DNA of 64,000 nt from Acidimicrobiales bacterium (GTDB taxonomy: Bacteria > Actinomycetota > Acidimicrobiia > Acidimicrobiales > RAAP-2): assembly GCA_036722795.1 (NCBI GenBank), contig DAIMIK010000001.1:13-64012 (forward strand), written 5' to 3'. Below are positions 43,210-51,746 of this stretch, piece by piece; the stretch's first letter is position 1, and each line of letters begins with the position of its first letter. The notes under the pieces are model-generated. The model was given only the letters and a program-made list of their open reading frames with translations. It was not told the origin of the DNA and ran no database searches. The position numbers and the translations under genes are program-made.

Positions 43210-44013
43210 ATGATCCGATACGAGGTCGGTGGCGATCACGTCGGCCGGATCACCCTCGATCGCCCGGATGCCCGGAATGCGCTGACCGTCTCCATGCGGG
43301 ACGACCTGGTCGACGTGGTCCGGCAGGCCCGGGACGACGACGGGGTGCGATCGCTGCTCGTCACCGGAGCGGGTGACTCGTTCTGCTCCGGCATGGACCT
43401 GCGTGCCTCCACCGTGAGCCAGGCGGGCTCGGCCGGGTTCAACCCGCGTTCGACCAGCGAGGCGCTCCGGAAGGGGGTCCAGACCTTCATCCGGGAGCTA
43501 TGGGAGTTGGACAAGCCCACGGTGGCCGCAGTCAACGGCACCGCTGTCGGCCCTGGCGCCCACCTGGCCCTGGCCTGTGACTTCGTGTTGGTGCAGCCGG
43601 CCACGAAGTTCATCTGGTCGTTCGCACGGTGGGGCCTGGTCGTCGATGCCGGGGGGGCCTACCTGCTGCCCCGGCTGGTGGGGCTGCCGCGGGCGAAGGC
43701 GATGGTGATGCTGGGGGAGGAGCTGGTCGGCGCCGAGGCCGTGGCGTCGGGGCTGGCCTACCGGTGCCTCCCATCGGTCGACGAGCTCATGGTCGTTGCC
43801 GGTGAGCTGGCCGCCCGCCTGGCCGCAGGGCCCACCCGGTCACTGGGGCTGTCCAAGCAGCTCCTGAACGCCACCTTCGAAACGGCCCTCCCACTGTCAC
43901 TGGACCGGGAGGCCCAGTCCCAGGCGCTGGCCGCGACGTCGCAGGAGATGGCCGAGGGCATGGCGGCGTTCAAGGAGCGGCGCCCACCCCGGTTTGCCGG
44001 GTCCGACTCCTGA
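43210..44013 (+). CDS. Enoyl-CoA hydratase (crotonase family)
   Basis: Motifs include ITLDRPDARNA, FCSGMDL and AAVNGTAVGPGAHLALACD. Confidence 0.85.
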   Translation: MIRYEVGGDHVGRITLDRPDARNALTVSMRDDLVDVVRQARDDDGVRSLLVTGAGDSFCSGMDLRASTVSQAGSAGFNPRSTSEALRKGVQTFIRELWELDKPTVAAVNGTAVGPGAHLALACDFVLVQPATKFIWSFARWGLVVDAGGAYLLPRLVGLPRAKAMVMLGEELVGAEAVASGLAYRCLPSVDELMVVAGELAARLAAGPTRSLGLSKQLLNATFETALPLSLDREAQSQALAATSQEMAEGMAAFKERRPPRFAGSDS

Positions 44014-44028
44014 GTCGTTCCGGCACGT

Positions 44029-45309
44029 TCAGATCACGCCGTTCCGGCGATGGAGGTCCACTTCGGCCTCCGAGAGTCCGACCATCGTCTGCCACACCTC
44101 GTCGTTGTGCTCGCCCAGGCCGGGAGCGGGTCGGGGTGCAGCGGGCCGACGGCCGTCCAGCCGGGGGAAGGGTGCCTGCTGGCGGTGCGGCCCGGCCACG
44201 GGGTCGTCCACGGTCACCAGGTCGCCGCGGGCCGCGAAGTGGGGGTCGCCCAGGATGTCCAGCGCGCTGTAGGCGGTTCCCACCGGGACCTCGTGGGCGA
44301 TGCACGCCGCCTCGACCTCGGCGGCGGTGAGCGTCGACGTCCACTCGGCCACCAGGTCGTTGATCTCGTCGGACCGCTCGGCCCGTCGCTCCAGCGTGCT
44401 CCACTGCGGGTCGTCGGCCAACCCGGGGCGCCCCATGGCGGCACACAGCCTGCGGAAATTGGCGTTCGATCCGGCCACCACGCAGACGTAGGCTCGGTCG
44501 GCGGTGGGGTAGTTGTCGATCGGAGCGGACGTCGCCATCCGGTTCCCCTCCCGTTGGCGCGTCGTGCCCAGGCGATCCTGCGCGGCCACGGTCCACTCGA
44601 GGATCCGCAGTATCGAGCCGTACAGCGGCGCGTCGACGACCCCCCCGCGTCGGGTTCCCCCCGGCCCGTCCCGCCGGTAGAGCGCGCCGGCCACCGCGGC
44701 GGCGGCGAAGGTGCCAGTGAGGTAGTCGGACACCGAGACGCCGGGTCGCACCGGGGGCCGGTCCGGGTACCCGGTCAGGTGGAGCAGGCCGCCGTACGCG
44801 ATGCCCATCCGGTCCAGTCCGGTTCGGCCCGAGTAGGGACCGTCCTGGCCGAACACGCTGATCCGCGCCCACGTCAGGTGGGGATCGCAGTCCTCGGGGC
44901 CGATGCCCCACTGCTCCATCGCTCCCGGCCGAAAGTTCTCGCACACCACATCGGCGGTGGCCGCCAGGCGCCGGAACAACTCCTGGCCTGCGGGCTCGCG
45001 CAGATTGCAGGTGATCCCCCTGCGACCCCGGCCTTCCACGGCCCACCACAACGAGTACCCGGGGCTTTCGTCGTCGGTCGGCACGAAGGGCCCGATCGAA
45101 CGCATGAAGTCGCCCCCCCGTGGATCCTCGATCTTGATGACCTCGGCCCCCATCTCCCCGAGCAGGCCAGCACAGAACGGCGCACTGATCCGAGTGCCGA
45201 CGTCGACGACCCGGATGCCCGCCAGCGGAGGGCTGTCCGCTGGTCGTGGCCCCCCGGACGGGCCGAGCGGCTCGCCCCCTCGAACCGAGGCGCCCGTCGG
45301 CTCAGTCAC
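44029..45309 (-). CDS. Family III CoA-transferase (CaiB/BaiF; racemase-like)
   Basis: The N-terminal region reads IRVVDVGTRISAPFCAGLLGEMGAEVIKIEDPRGGD. The GTG start overlaps the upstream ECH stop by 8 nt. Confidence 0.85.
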   Translation of the reverse strand: MTEPTGASVRGGEPLGPSGGPRPADSPPLAGIRVVDVGTRISAPFCAGLLGEMGAEVIKIEDPRGGDFMRSIGPFVPTDDESPGYSLWWAVEGRGRRGITCNLREPAGQELFRRLAATADVVCENFRPGAMEQWGIGPEDCDPHLTWARISVFGQDGPYSGRTGLDRMGIAYGGLLHLTGYPDRPPVRPGVSVSDYLTGTFAAAAVAGALYRRDGPGGTRRGGVVDAPLYGSILRILEWTVAAQDRLGTTRQREGNRMATSAPIDNYPTADRAYVCVVAGSNANFRRLCAAMGRPGLADDPQWSTLERRAERSDEINDLVAEWTSTLTAAEVEAACIAHEVPVGTAYSALDILGDPHFAARGDLVTVDDPVAGPHRQQAPFPRLDGRRPAAPRPAPGLGEHNDEVWQTMVGLSEAEVDLHRRNGVI

Positions 45310-46126
45310 GATGCTCGGCGAAGACCTCGGACATGGACTGCTTCTCCCGACGGGCCCGGAGTGCCGAGGTGGCCGTCTCGGTGTTGTGCATCCAGTGATG
45401 GGCCATGAAGTGGTATTTCCACGACGCCTCCTTGCCCATGAGCGCCGCCGTGTTGTTGAGCGAGTCCTTGACCACCTGCGCGGTCGCCGGCGGGACCAGG
45501 GCCACTCGGTCGGCCAGCTCGTTGACCCGCTCGGTCAGTTCGCGGCGCGGGACGACCCGGTTGACCAGGCCGAGCCTCCACGCCTCCTGCGCGTCGAGCT
45601 TCTCACCCGTCCACAGGAACTCCTTGGCCTTACGAATGCCGAGCTCCCAGGGCTCGACCAGCAGCTCGACGCCGGCACCGGTCATTCGGAGCACAGGATT
45701 CTGGAAGGTGGCGTCGTCGGCCGCCACGATCAGGTCGCACATGCAGGCCAGCATCAGCCCGGCCGCCACGCAGGCTCCCTGCACGGCGGCGATGGTCGGC
45801 TTGCGGAACGAGTAGATCCGCTTGCAGCGCTCGTAGTACATGACCTGCTCGTGCCGGAACTTCCCCTCAGGCGTCTCGCGCATCAGCCGCCACTCGTCGG
45901 GCTCGGTGTCGCCGACCAGCGCCTTCAGGTCGTGGCCGGCGGAGAAGTGCCTGCCGTTGCCGGCCAGCACGACGACTCGGACCTCGTCGTCGGCGTCCGC
46001 CCGGTCGAGCGCGGCGTCGATGCCGTCGATCAGGGCGGTGTCCTGGGCGTTGGCCACCTCCGGGCGGTTCATGGTGATCGTGGCCACATGGCCACGGGTC
46101 TCGTAGAGGACAACCGGCTCATCCAT
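45302..46126 (-). CDS. Enoyl-CoA hydratase (crotonase family)
   Basis: ATG at 46126 within ORF 45302..46321. Motifs include ITMNRPEVANA, FSAGHDL and AAVQGACVAAGLMLACMCD. Confidence 0.85.
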   Translation of the reverse strand: MDEPVVLYETRGHVATITMNRPEVANAQDTALIDGIDAALDRADADDEVRVVVLAGNGRHFSAGHDLKALVGDTEPDEWRLMRETPEGKFRHEQVMYYERCKRIYSFRKPTIAAVQGACVAAGLMLACMCDLIVAADDATFQNPVLRMTGAGVELLVEPWELGIRKAKEFLWTGEKLDAQEAWRLGLVNRVVPRRELTERVNELADRVALVPPATAQVVKDSLNNTAALMGKEASWKYHFMAHHWMHNTETATSALRARREKQSMSEVFAEHRD

Positions 46127-47360
46127 GGGACGACACTCTCCTCTCGGGCGAACGTGCAGCTCCGTCGCCCGGTGGTCCCGGGCGACTCGGTCGTGGGAGG
46201 CCGAGCACCTGCTCGGCCAGGATGGTGCGTTGGATCTCGTTGGTCCCGGCCCAGACGGAGGACGCCTGGTAATAGAGCCACGACCGCTGCCACTCGCCGT
46301 CACCCGGCGTGTGGGCCGCACCCTTCCACAGCGGTGCAGACTCGCCGAGAACCGCCATGGTGGTGTCGTGCAGCCGCTTGCTCATCTCGCTCCAGTAGAG
46401 TTTGAGCGCGCTGCCCTCCGGCCCCGGGTCGAGCCCCTTGGCCAGTCGGCTGATGCTGCGGAGGTTGTGGAGCTGGAAGAGCCGGACCTCGACGTAGGCC
46501 TGGGCCAGTCGTTGCCGGAGGCGCGCGTCGTCGATGCTGCCGTTGGCGACGGCCATGCGCAGGAGCTCGTCGAGCAGCTGCATGTGGATCACCAGCTGGC
46601 GCGGATTGGTCCCCCGCTCGTGGGAGAGCGTCGAATTGGCGACCATCCATCCTTCGTGCTCGGGCCCGACCAGCTGGTCGACGGGCACGAATACCTGGTC
46701 CAGGAAGACCTGGTTGAACTCGGCCTCCCCGGTCAGCTGCAGCAGGGGACGCACGTCTACGCCCGCCGCGTGCATGTCGACGACCAGATAGGACAGGCCG
46801 TGATGCTTCGGCGCCTCGGGATCGGTGCGGGCGAGGCACACACCCCAGTCGGCGAACTGGGCGTAGGAGGTCCACACCTTCTGCCCGTCGAGCACCCAGC
46901 CGCCGTCCACGGCGGTGGCCCGGGTGGCCACACTGGCCAGGTCGCTCCCCGCTCCCGGCTCGCTGAACAGCTGGCACCACATCTCCTCGGCCCTCAGGAT
47001 CTTGGGCAGCCAGCGGACCCGCTGGTCCTCGCGGCCGTGGGCCAGGAGCGTGGGCCCGGCCAGATTGACCCCGATCCGGCCGACGATCTCCGGCGCCCGG
47101 GCCCGGGCCAGCTCCTCCTGCACGATGAAGTACTCGGTCGGTCCTGCGCCCCGCCCCCCGTAGGTCTCGGGCCAGGTCACGCCCACCCACCGGTCCTCGG
47201 CCAGCGATGCCTGCCACCGTCGGCCGAATGCGACCTCGTCAGCGAGGTCGTCGAACCGGTGGGGGAGGCCCTTTCCGTACTCCCAGGGAAGGTGCTCGTG
47301 CAGCCACGAGCAGATGTCGGATCGGAGGGCGAGCTCGGCACCGCTCGAACTCAGGTCCAT
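46119..47360 (-). CDS. Acyl-CoA dehydrogenase (alpha-type) with a short C-terminal extension
   Basis: ATG at 47360 (alternative GTG at 47369). Motifs include WPETYGGRGAG, FSEPGAGSDLASV and AGTNEIQRTILAE. Its tail overlaps the ECH start by 8 nt. Confidence 0.85.
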   Translation of the reverse strand: MDLSSSGAELALRSDICSWLHEHLPWEYGKGLPHRFDDLADEVAFGRRWQASLAEDRWVGVTWPETYGGRGAGPTEYFIVQEELARARAPEIVGRIGVNLAGPTLLAHGREDQRVRWLPKILRAEEMWCQLFSEPGAGSDLASVATRATAVDGGWVLDGQKVWTSYAQFADWGVCLARTDPEAPKHHGLSYLVVDMHAAGVDVRPLLQLTGEAEFNQVFLDQVFVPVDQLVGPEHEGWMVANSTLSHERGTNPRQLVIHMQLLDELLRMAVANGSIDDARLRQRLAQAYVEVRLFQLHNLRSISRLAKGLDPGPEGSALKLYWSEMSKRLHDTTMAVLGESAPLWKGAAHTPGDGEWQRSWLYYQASSVWAGTNEIQRTILAEQVLGLPRPSRPGPPGDGAARSPERRVSSHG

Positions 47361-47403
47361 TGGCCCCACTGATTCGGCGGCATCCGCGTCATACTATCCA
47401 GCA

Positions 47404-48483
47404 ATGGACTTCGATCTGTCGGCCGATCAACGGGCGCTTCAGGAAGGAGCCCGCCAACTCCTCGACCGCTACTCGGGCCCTCCGCAGGTCCGCGCCCACC
47501 TGGCCGGCGGTGCTCCCTACGACCACGTGCTGTGGGACGCCATGGTCGACCAGGGTTGGATCGCCGTCGCCGTACCGGAGCGGGAAGGTGGCCTCGGACT
47601 CGGGTGGGTCGAGGCGGCCGTGCTGCTCGAAGAGGCCGGGCGTCACCTGGCCCCGGTCCCCTTCGCCCCGCAATTGATCACACTGGCGGCACTGGCAGGA
47701 CGCACCGACCACCGCGAGGTGACGGCCGGACTGCTTGAGGGTTCGTCGATGGGCGCGGTGGCCTGGACGGCCAGGCCCGATGCGCTGCAGTGCTCCGGCG
47801 ACGGCGACCAGGTGCTCCTGACCGGTCGGTTGGGTCCCGTCGAGGGTGCCTCCGTCGCCGATGTCGCGGTGGTGGTCGTGCCCGATGCTGTCTACCTGGT
47901 CGACCTGGCCGAGGTGGGCCGCCCACCGGCCGAGCCGGCTATGGACCTCACCCGCACGTTGTCGTGGCTCACCATGGACCGAACGCCGGCGGTGCGCCTC
48001 GGTGGGGCGGCCGAGGCGGCGCGCCTCGGTGGCCTCGGGGCGGTGGCCACGTCGGCCGAGCTGCTGGGGGGCGCAGACCGCGTGCTGGAGCTGGCGGCCC
48101 AGTACGCCAAGGATCGGATTCAGTTCGGCGTGCCCATCGGGAGCTTCCAGGCGGTGAAGCACCGGTGTGCGGACATGCTGGTCGATGTCGAGGGCATGCG
48201 CTCGACGACGTGGTACGCCGCTTGGGCGGTCTCCACCGCGGAGCCGGGGTGGTCGCTGGCGGCCGCGACGGCGAAGGTGTGGTGCGCTGACGCGTCCAAG
48301 CGGGTGATGTCCTCGGGCCTGCAGGTGCACGGGGGGATCGGGTTCACCTGGGAGCACGACCTCCACCTCTACATCAAGCGGGCCCAGTTCTCCCAACTCG
48401 ACTACGGCGACGCGTCCTGCCACCGGGCCGCACTGGCCGCCGAGCTCCGGTCGTCGGTGCTGGCCGGCACACCTGTCATGTGA
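47404..48483 (+). CDS. Acyl-CoA dehydrogenase, short (beta-type) subunit
   Basis: ATG at 47404 within ORF 47314..48483. Length is 359 aa. Motifs include YAKDRIQFGVPIGSFQAV and HGGIGFTWEHD. It is similar to the 13130 gene. Confidence 0.8.
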   Translation: MDFDLSADQRALQEGARQLLDRYSGPPQVRAHLAGGAPYDHVLWDAMVDQGWIAVAVPEREGGLGLGWVEAAVLLEEAGRHLAPVPFAPQLITLAALAGRTDHREVTAGLLEGSSMGAVAWTARPDALQCSGDGDQVLLTGRLGPVEGASVADVAVVVVPDAVYLVDLAEVGRPPAEPAMDLTRTLSWLTMDRTPAVRLGGAAEAARLGGLGAVATSAELLGGADRVLELAAQYAKDRIQFGVPIGSFQAVKHRCADMLVDVEGMRSTTWYAAWAVSTAEPGWSLAAATAKVWCADASKRVMSSGLQVHGGIGFTWEHDLHLYIKRAQFSQLDYGDASCHRAALAAELRSSVLAGTPVM

Positions 48484-48493
48484 GGGCCCGGTC

Positions 48494-50206
48494 ATGACGT
48501 CCTCATCTGCGGGAGCGGCCCCGGCCCTGGGCCAGGCCGCCCTGCCGGCCGAGAGCGCGGCCGCCCTGCTCCGGCGCAACGCCGCGGACCCGGCGATCCG
48601 GGATCGGCCCGCGGTGCGCTTCGACGACCTGGTCATCAGCCACGCCGAGTACTACCGGGCCTCGTGCCGGTGGGCGAACCTCTTCCTCCGGTCGAAGCGG
48701 CCCGACCGGCCGCTCCATGTGGGCGTGCTGCTCGACAACGTGCCCGAGTACCTCTACGCGTTCGGAGGGGCGGCCCTGGCCGGGGCCGCGATCGTCGGCG
48801 TCAACCACACGCGCAGTGGTGAGCACCTGCTCCACGACGTGCGCCACACGCACTGCGACCTGGTGGTGTACGAGCCCGGGCACTACGGACTCATCGCCCC
48901 GGTCCTCGGCGAGCTGGACAACGTGCTGGTGGTGGGGGAGTCTCTCGATGACACCCTCTCCTCGGAGCCCGACAGCGATCCCCACGCCGAGGTCGGTCTG
49001 GAACAGCCGTGGGCCCTGATCTTCACCAGTGGGACCGCGGCTGCCCCCAAGGCGGTCATCTGCTCGCAGCGTCGCATCCTGGTGACCGGGAACCGCATGG
49101 CCCAGATGATGGGGATCGGCCTGGACGACGTCGGCTACGTCTCGATGCCGCTGTTCCACTCCAACTCGGTGATGGTCGGGTGGGCCCCGTCCATCGTGGT
49201 GGGAGCGTCAGTGGGCCTGGCCCGGAAGTTCACCGCGTCCGGGTGGCTGGGTGACGTCCGTCGCTACGGTGCGACCTACTTCAACTACACCGGCAAACCG
49301 CTGGCCTACATCCTGGCGCAGCCGGAGGGCGCGGACGACGCCGACAACACCCTGCGGGTGGCCTACGGGAACGAGGGCGCACCCCAGGTGGTCGGGGCCT
49401 TCGCCGAACGCTTCGGCGTCCACGTCATCGATGCCTTCGGTGCCACCGAGGGGGGTCTCGCCGTCACCCGGATCGAGGACGCCCCGCCGGGCTCGGTGGG
49501 CCGGGCCGGGCCCGAGCTCAAGATCTTCGGCGAGGACGGGCGAGAGCTGCCCCGGGCCACCTTCGACGACTCCGGCACCCTGGTCGACCCGGTTGCGTGC
49601 GTCGGAGAGATCGTCAACACCTCGGGCATCGGGGTGTTCGAGGGCTACTACAACAACGAGGAGGCGAACCAGCGGGCGACCCGCAACGGCTGGTACTGGA
49701 GCGGTGATCTCGGGTACCTCGACGCCGAGGGCTTCCTCTACTTCGCCGGCCGGACCGCCGACTGGATACGGGTCGACGGGGAGAATTTCCCGGTGGGACC
49801 CATCGAGACCGTGGTGGCCCGACATCCCGACGTGCTGGTCTGCGTCGCCTACGGGGTGCCCGACCCCGAGGCCGGCGACCGGGTCATGATGACGCTGGTC
49901 ATGCGGTCCGGCGCCGCGTTCGATCCGGTGGAATTCGCCGCATGGATCGACGGGCAGGCCGATCTCAGCCCGAAGTGGCGGCCGACGCACATCCGGGTCT
50001 CGACCGCCGTCCCCACCTCACCCACCAACAAGGTGCTGACCCGCACGCTGGTCCACCAGAAGTACCGGCCGGACCGCACCGCGGGTGACGAACAGTGGGT
50101 CCGCACCAGGGGTGACGCCGCTTACCGCGTATTCGGCCCGGCGGAGGCCGACGAGCTCCACCGGCAACTGAGGGAGTCCGGGCGCGAGCGGTTCTGGGAC
50201 CTCTGA
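48494..50206 (+). CDS. AMP-dependent acyl-CoA synthetase
   Basis: Motifs include IFTSGTAAAPKAV, AFGATEG and GDLGYLDAEGFLYFAGR. Confidence 0.85.
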   Translation: MTSSSAGAAPALGQAALPAESAAALLRRNAADPAIRDRPAVRFDDLVISHAEYYRASCRWANLFLRSKRPDRPLHVGVLLDNVPEYLYAFGGAALAGAAIVGVNHTRSGEHLLHDVRHTHCDLVVYEPGHYGLIAPVLGELDNVLVVGESLDDTLSSEPDSDPHAEVGLEQPWALIFTSGTAAAPKAVICSQRRILVTGNRMAQMMGIGLDDVGYVSMPLFHSNSVMVGWAPSIVVGASVGLARKFTASGWLGDVRRYGATYFNYTGKPLAYILAQPEGADDADNTLRVAYGNEGAPQVVGAFAERFGVHVIDAFGATEGGLAVTRIEDAPPGSVGRAGPELKIFGEDGRELPRATFDDSGTLVDPVACVGEIVNTSGIGVFEGYYNNEEANQRATRNGWYWSGDLGYLDAEGFLYFAGRTADWIRVDGENFPVGPIETVVARHPDVLVCVAYGVPDPEAGDRVMMTLVMRSGAAFDPVEFAAWIDGQADLSPKWRPTHIRVSTAVPTSPTNKVLTRTLVHQKYRPDRTAGDEQWVRTRGDAAYRVFGPAEADELHRQLRESGRERFWDL

Positions 50207-50269
50207 GGCTGCGGGTCCCCCGCCCCCACGGCGGCTGGCCCCAGTGGCACCGATCCCACGGCGGCGGGC

Positions 50270-50731
50270 CTACTGGTCGAAGTAGTAGCGCAGGATGAGC
50301 TCGGCGACACAGGCAGGCTTGGGCGCGCCGTCGAGCTCGAAGGTCAACTCGACGCGGGCCTGCACCCCACCGCCGCCCAGGTCTTCGGCCTCCAGCAGGA
50401 CGGCGCCGAGTCGCACCCGGGACCCGACGGGCACCGGGCTGGGGAACCGGACCCGGTTCAGCCCGTAGTTCACCCCCATCCTGATGTTCTGCCAACTCAG
50501 GAGGTCGTGGAGCAGCAACGGCCCGAGGGACAGCGTCAGGTAGCCGTGGGCGATGGTGCCGCCGAAGGGCCCTCCTGCCGCCCGCGCGACGTCCACATGG
50601 ATCCACTGGCGGTCACCGGTGGCCTCGGCGAAGTTGTCCACCCGCTGCTGGGTGATCTCCAAATAGTCGCTGAAGCCGAGGTGGCGGCCGACGTGGGAGG
50701 TGAGGTCCTCGAGCGAGGCGATTGCTATCAT
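50270..50731 (-). CDS. MaoC-like (R)-specific enoyl-CoA hydratase (hotdog fold)
   Basis: ATG at 50731 within ORF 50270..50839. Motifs include FAEATGDRQWIHVD and GGTIAHGYLTLS. Confidence 0.8.
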   Translation of the reverse strand: MIAIASLEDLTSHVGRHLGFSDYLEITQQRVDNFAEATGDRQWIHVDVARAAGGPFGGTIAHGYLTLSLGPLLLHDLLSWQNIRMGVNYGLNRVRFPSPVPVGSRVRLGAVLLEAEDLGGGGVQARVELTFELDGAPKPACVAELILRYYFDQ

Positions 50732-50861
50732 GCGCGAGCGTATCCGGCAGCGGGAGTGGGCCACCTGCCGACCCGCCGGCATCCGCGCACGCCCGTGGGG
50801 CGGCGACGTGACCGAAGCGACGACACAGCGACGAGGCAAGGACGAGGCGGTGTGACGCCAG

Positions 50862-51746
50862 GTGAACGGGCCGGAGTTCTTTCTCTACCTTCCCCAGATG
50901 CGGATGGGCGTCGGGGCGATCACCGAGCGGGCGATGGCCGCCGAGGCCAGCGGATTCGGCGGCATCGCGTTCATGGACCACCTGGCGCCCCCGTTGAGCG
51001 AGTCGGCTCCCATGTTCGAGGCCATGACCCTGGCCGCCTGGGTGGCGGCGCGTACCACCGACCTCGTCGTGGGCCACCTCGTGCTGTGCGACGCCCTGCG
51101 CCACCCGGCAATGCTGGCCCGCCAGGCGGTGACCCTGGACCACGCCTCGGGTGGACGGTTCGAGCTGGGTCTGGGGTCGGGGTCGGTCCCCGACGAGCTG
51201 GTGTCCTATGGCGTCACCGTGGATCGAGCCGACCGGCGCGTGCAGCGACTCGGCGAGAGCCTCGAGCTGATCGAGGCGCTCTGGGGTGGCGAGCCCGTCG
51301 TCCACCGGGGGGAGTCTTTCACGGTCGACTGCGCCGGTCAGCAGCCCACGCCGCTCACCCGGATCCCCATCGTCGTCGGTGGACTAGGCCCCCGGACCCT
51401 GCAGTTGGTCCGACGGCACGCCGACTGGTGGAACCTGCCGGTCCACGCGCTCGATCGCCTGGGGGAACTGCGGCCCCAGGTCGGCTCGGCCCGGGTGTCG
51501 ACCCAGCATCTGGTGGGGTACATCCCCGTCGAGTCGCAGCGTGACCAGATCGAGGGCGTGGCCCGTCGGAGGTTCGGCGGGATGACCAGCCGGCTGATGG
51601 TCGGGGACGCGGACGAGCTCATCGAGCACTTCACCGGCTACCACCGCCAGGGCGTCGACCGATTCTACGTGTGGTTTACCGACTTCGCCCCGCCGTCGAC
51701 GCTCGAGTCCTTCGGCCGGAAGGTGATCGGCCCGCTCACCGGCTAG
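50862..51746 (+). CDS. LLM-class (luciferase-like) flavin/F420-dependent oxidoreductase
   Basis: Motifs include AEASGFGGIAFMDHL, GRFELGLGSG and IVVGGLGPRTL. Its 3' end overlaps the convergent ACS gene by 11 nt. Confidence 0.7.
   Translation: MNGPEFFLYLPQMRMGVGAITERAMAAEASGFGGIAFMDHLAPPLSESAPMFEAMTLAAWVAARTTDLVVGHLVLCDALRHPAMLARQAVTLDHASGGRFELGLGSGSVPDELVSYGVTVDRADRRVQRLGESLELIEALWGGEPVVHRGESFTVDCAGQQPTPLTRIPIVVGGLGPRTLQLVRRHADWWNLPVHALDRLGELRPQVGSARVSTQHLVGYIPVESQRDQIEGVARRRFGGMTSRLMVGDADELIEHFTGYHRQGVDRFYVWFTDFAPPSTLESFGRKVIGPLTG

Noticed and set aside
50207-50269. A CCACGGCGGC direct repeat and a small GCGGG-tcc-CCCGC hairpin between convergent genes.
   Set aside because: The stem is only 5 bp and the repeats are short, so they are indistinguishable from background in GC-rich DNA.
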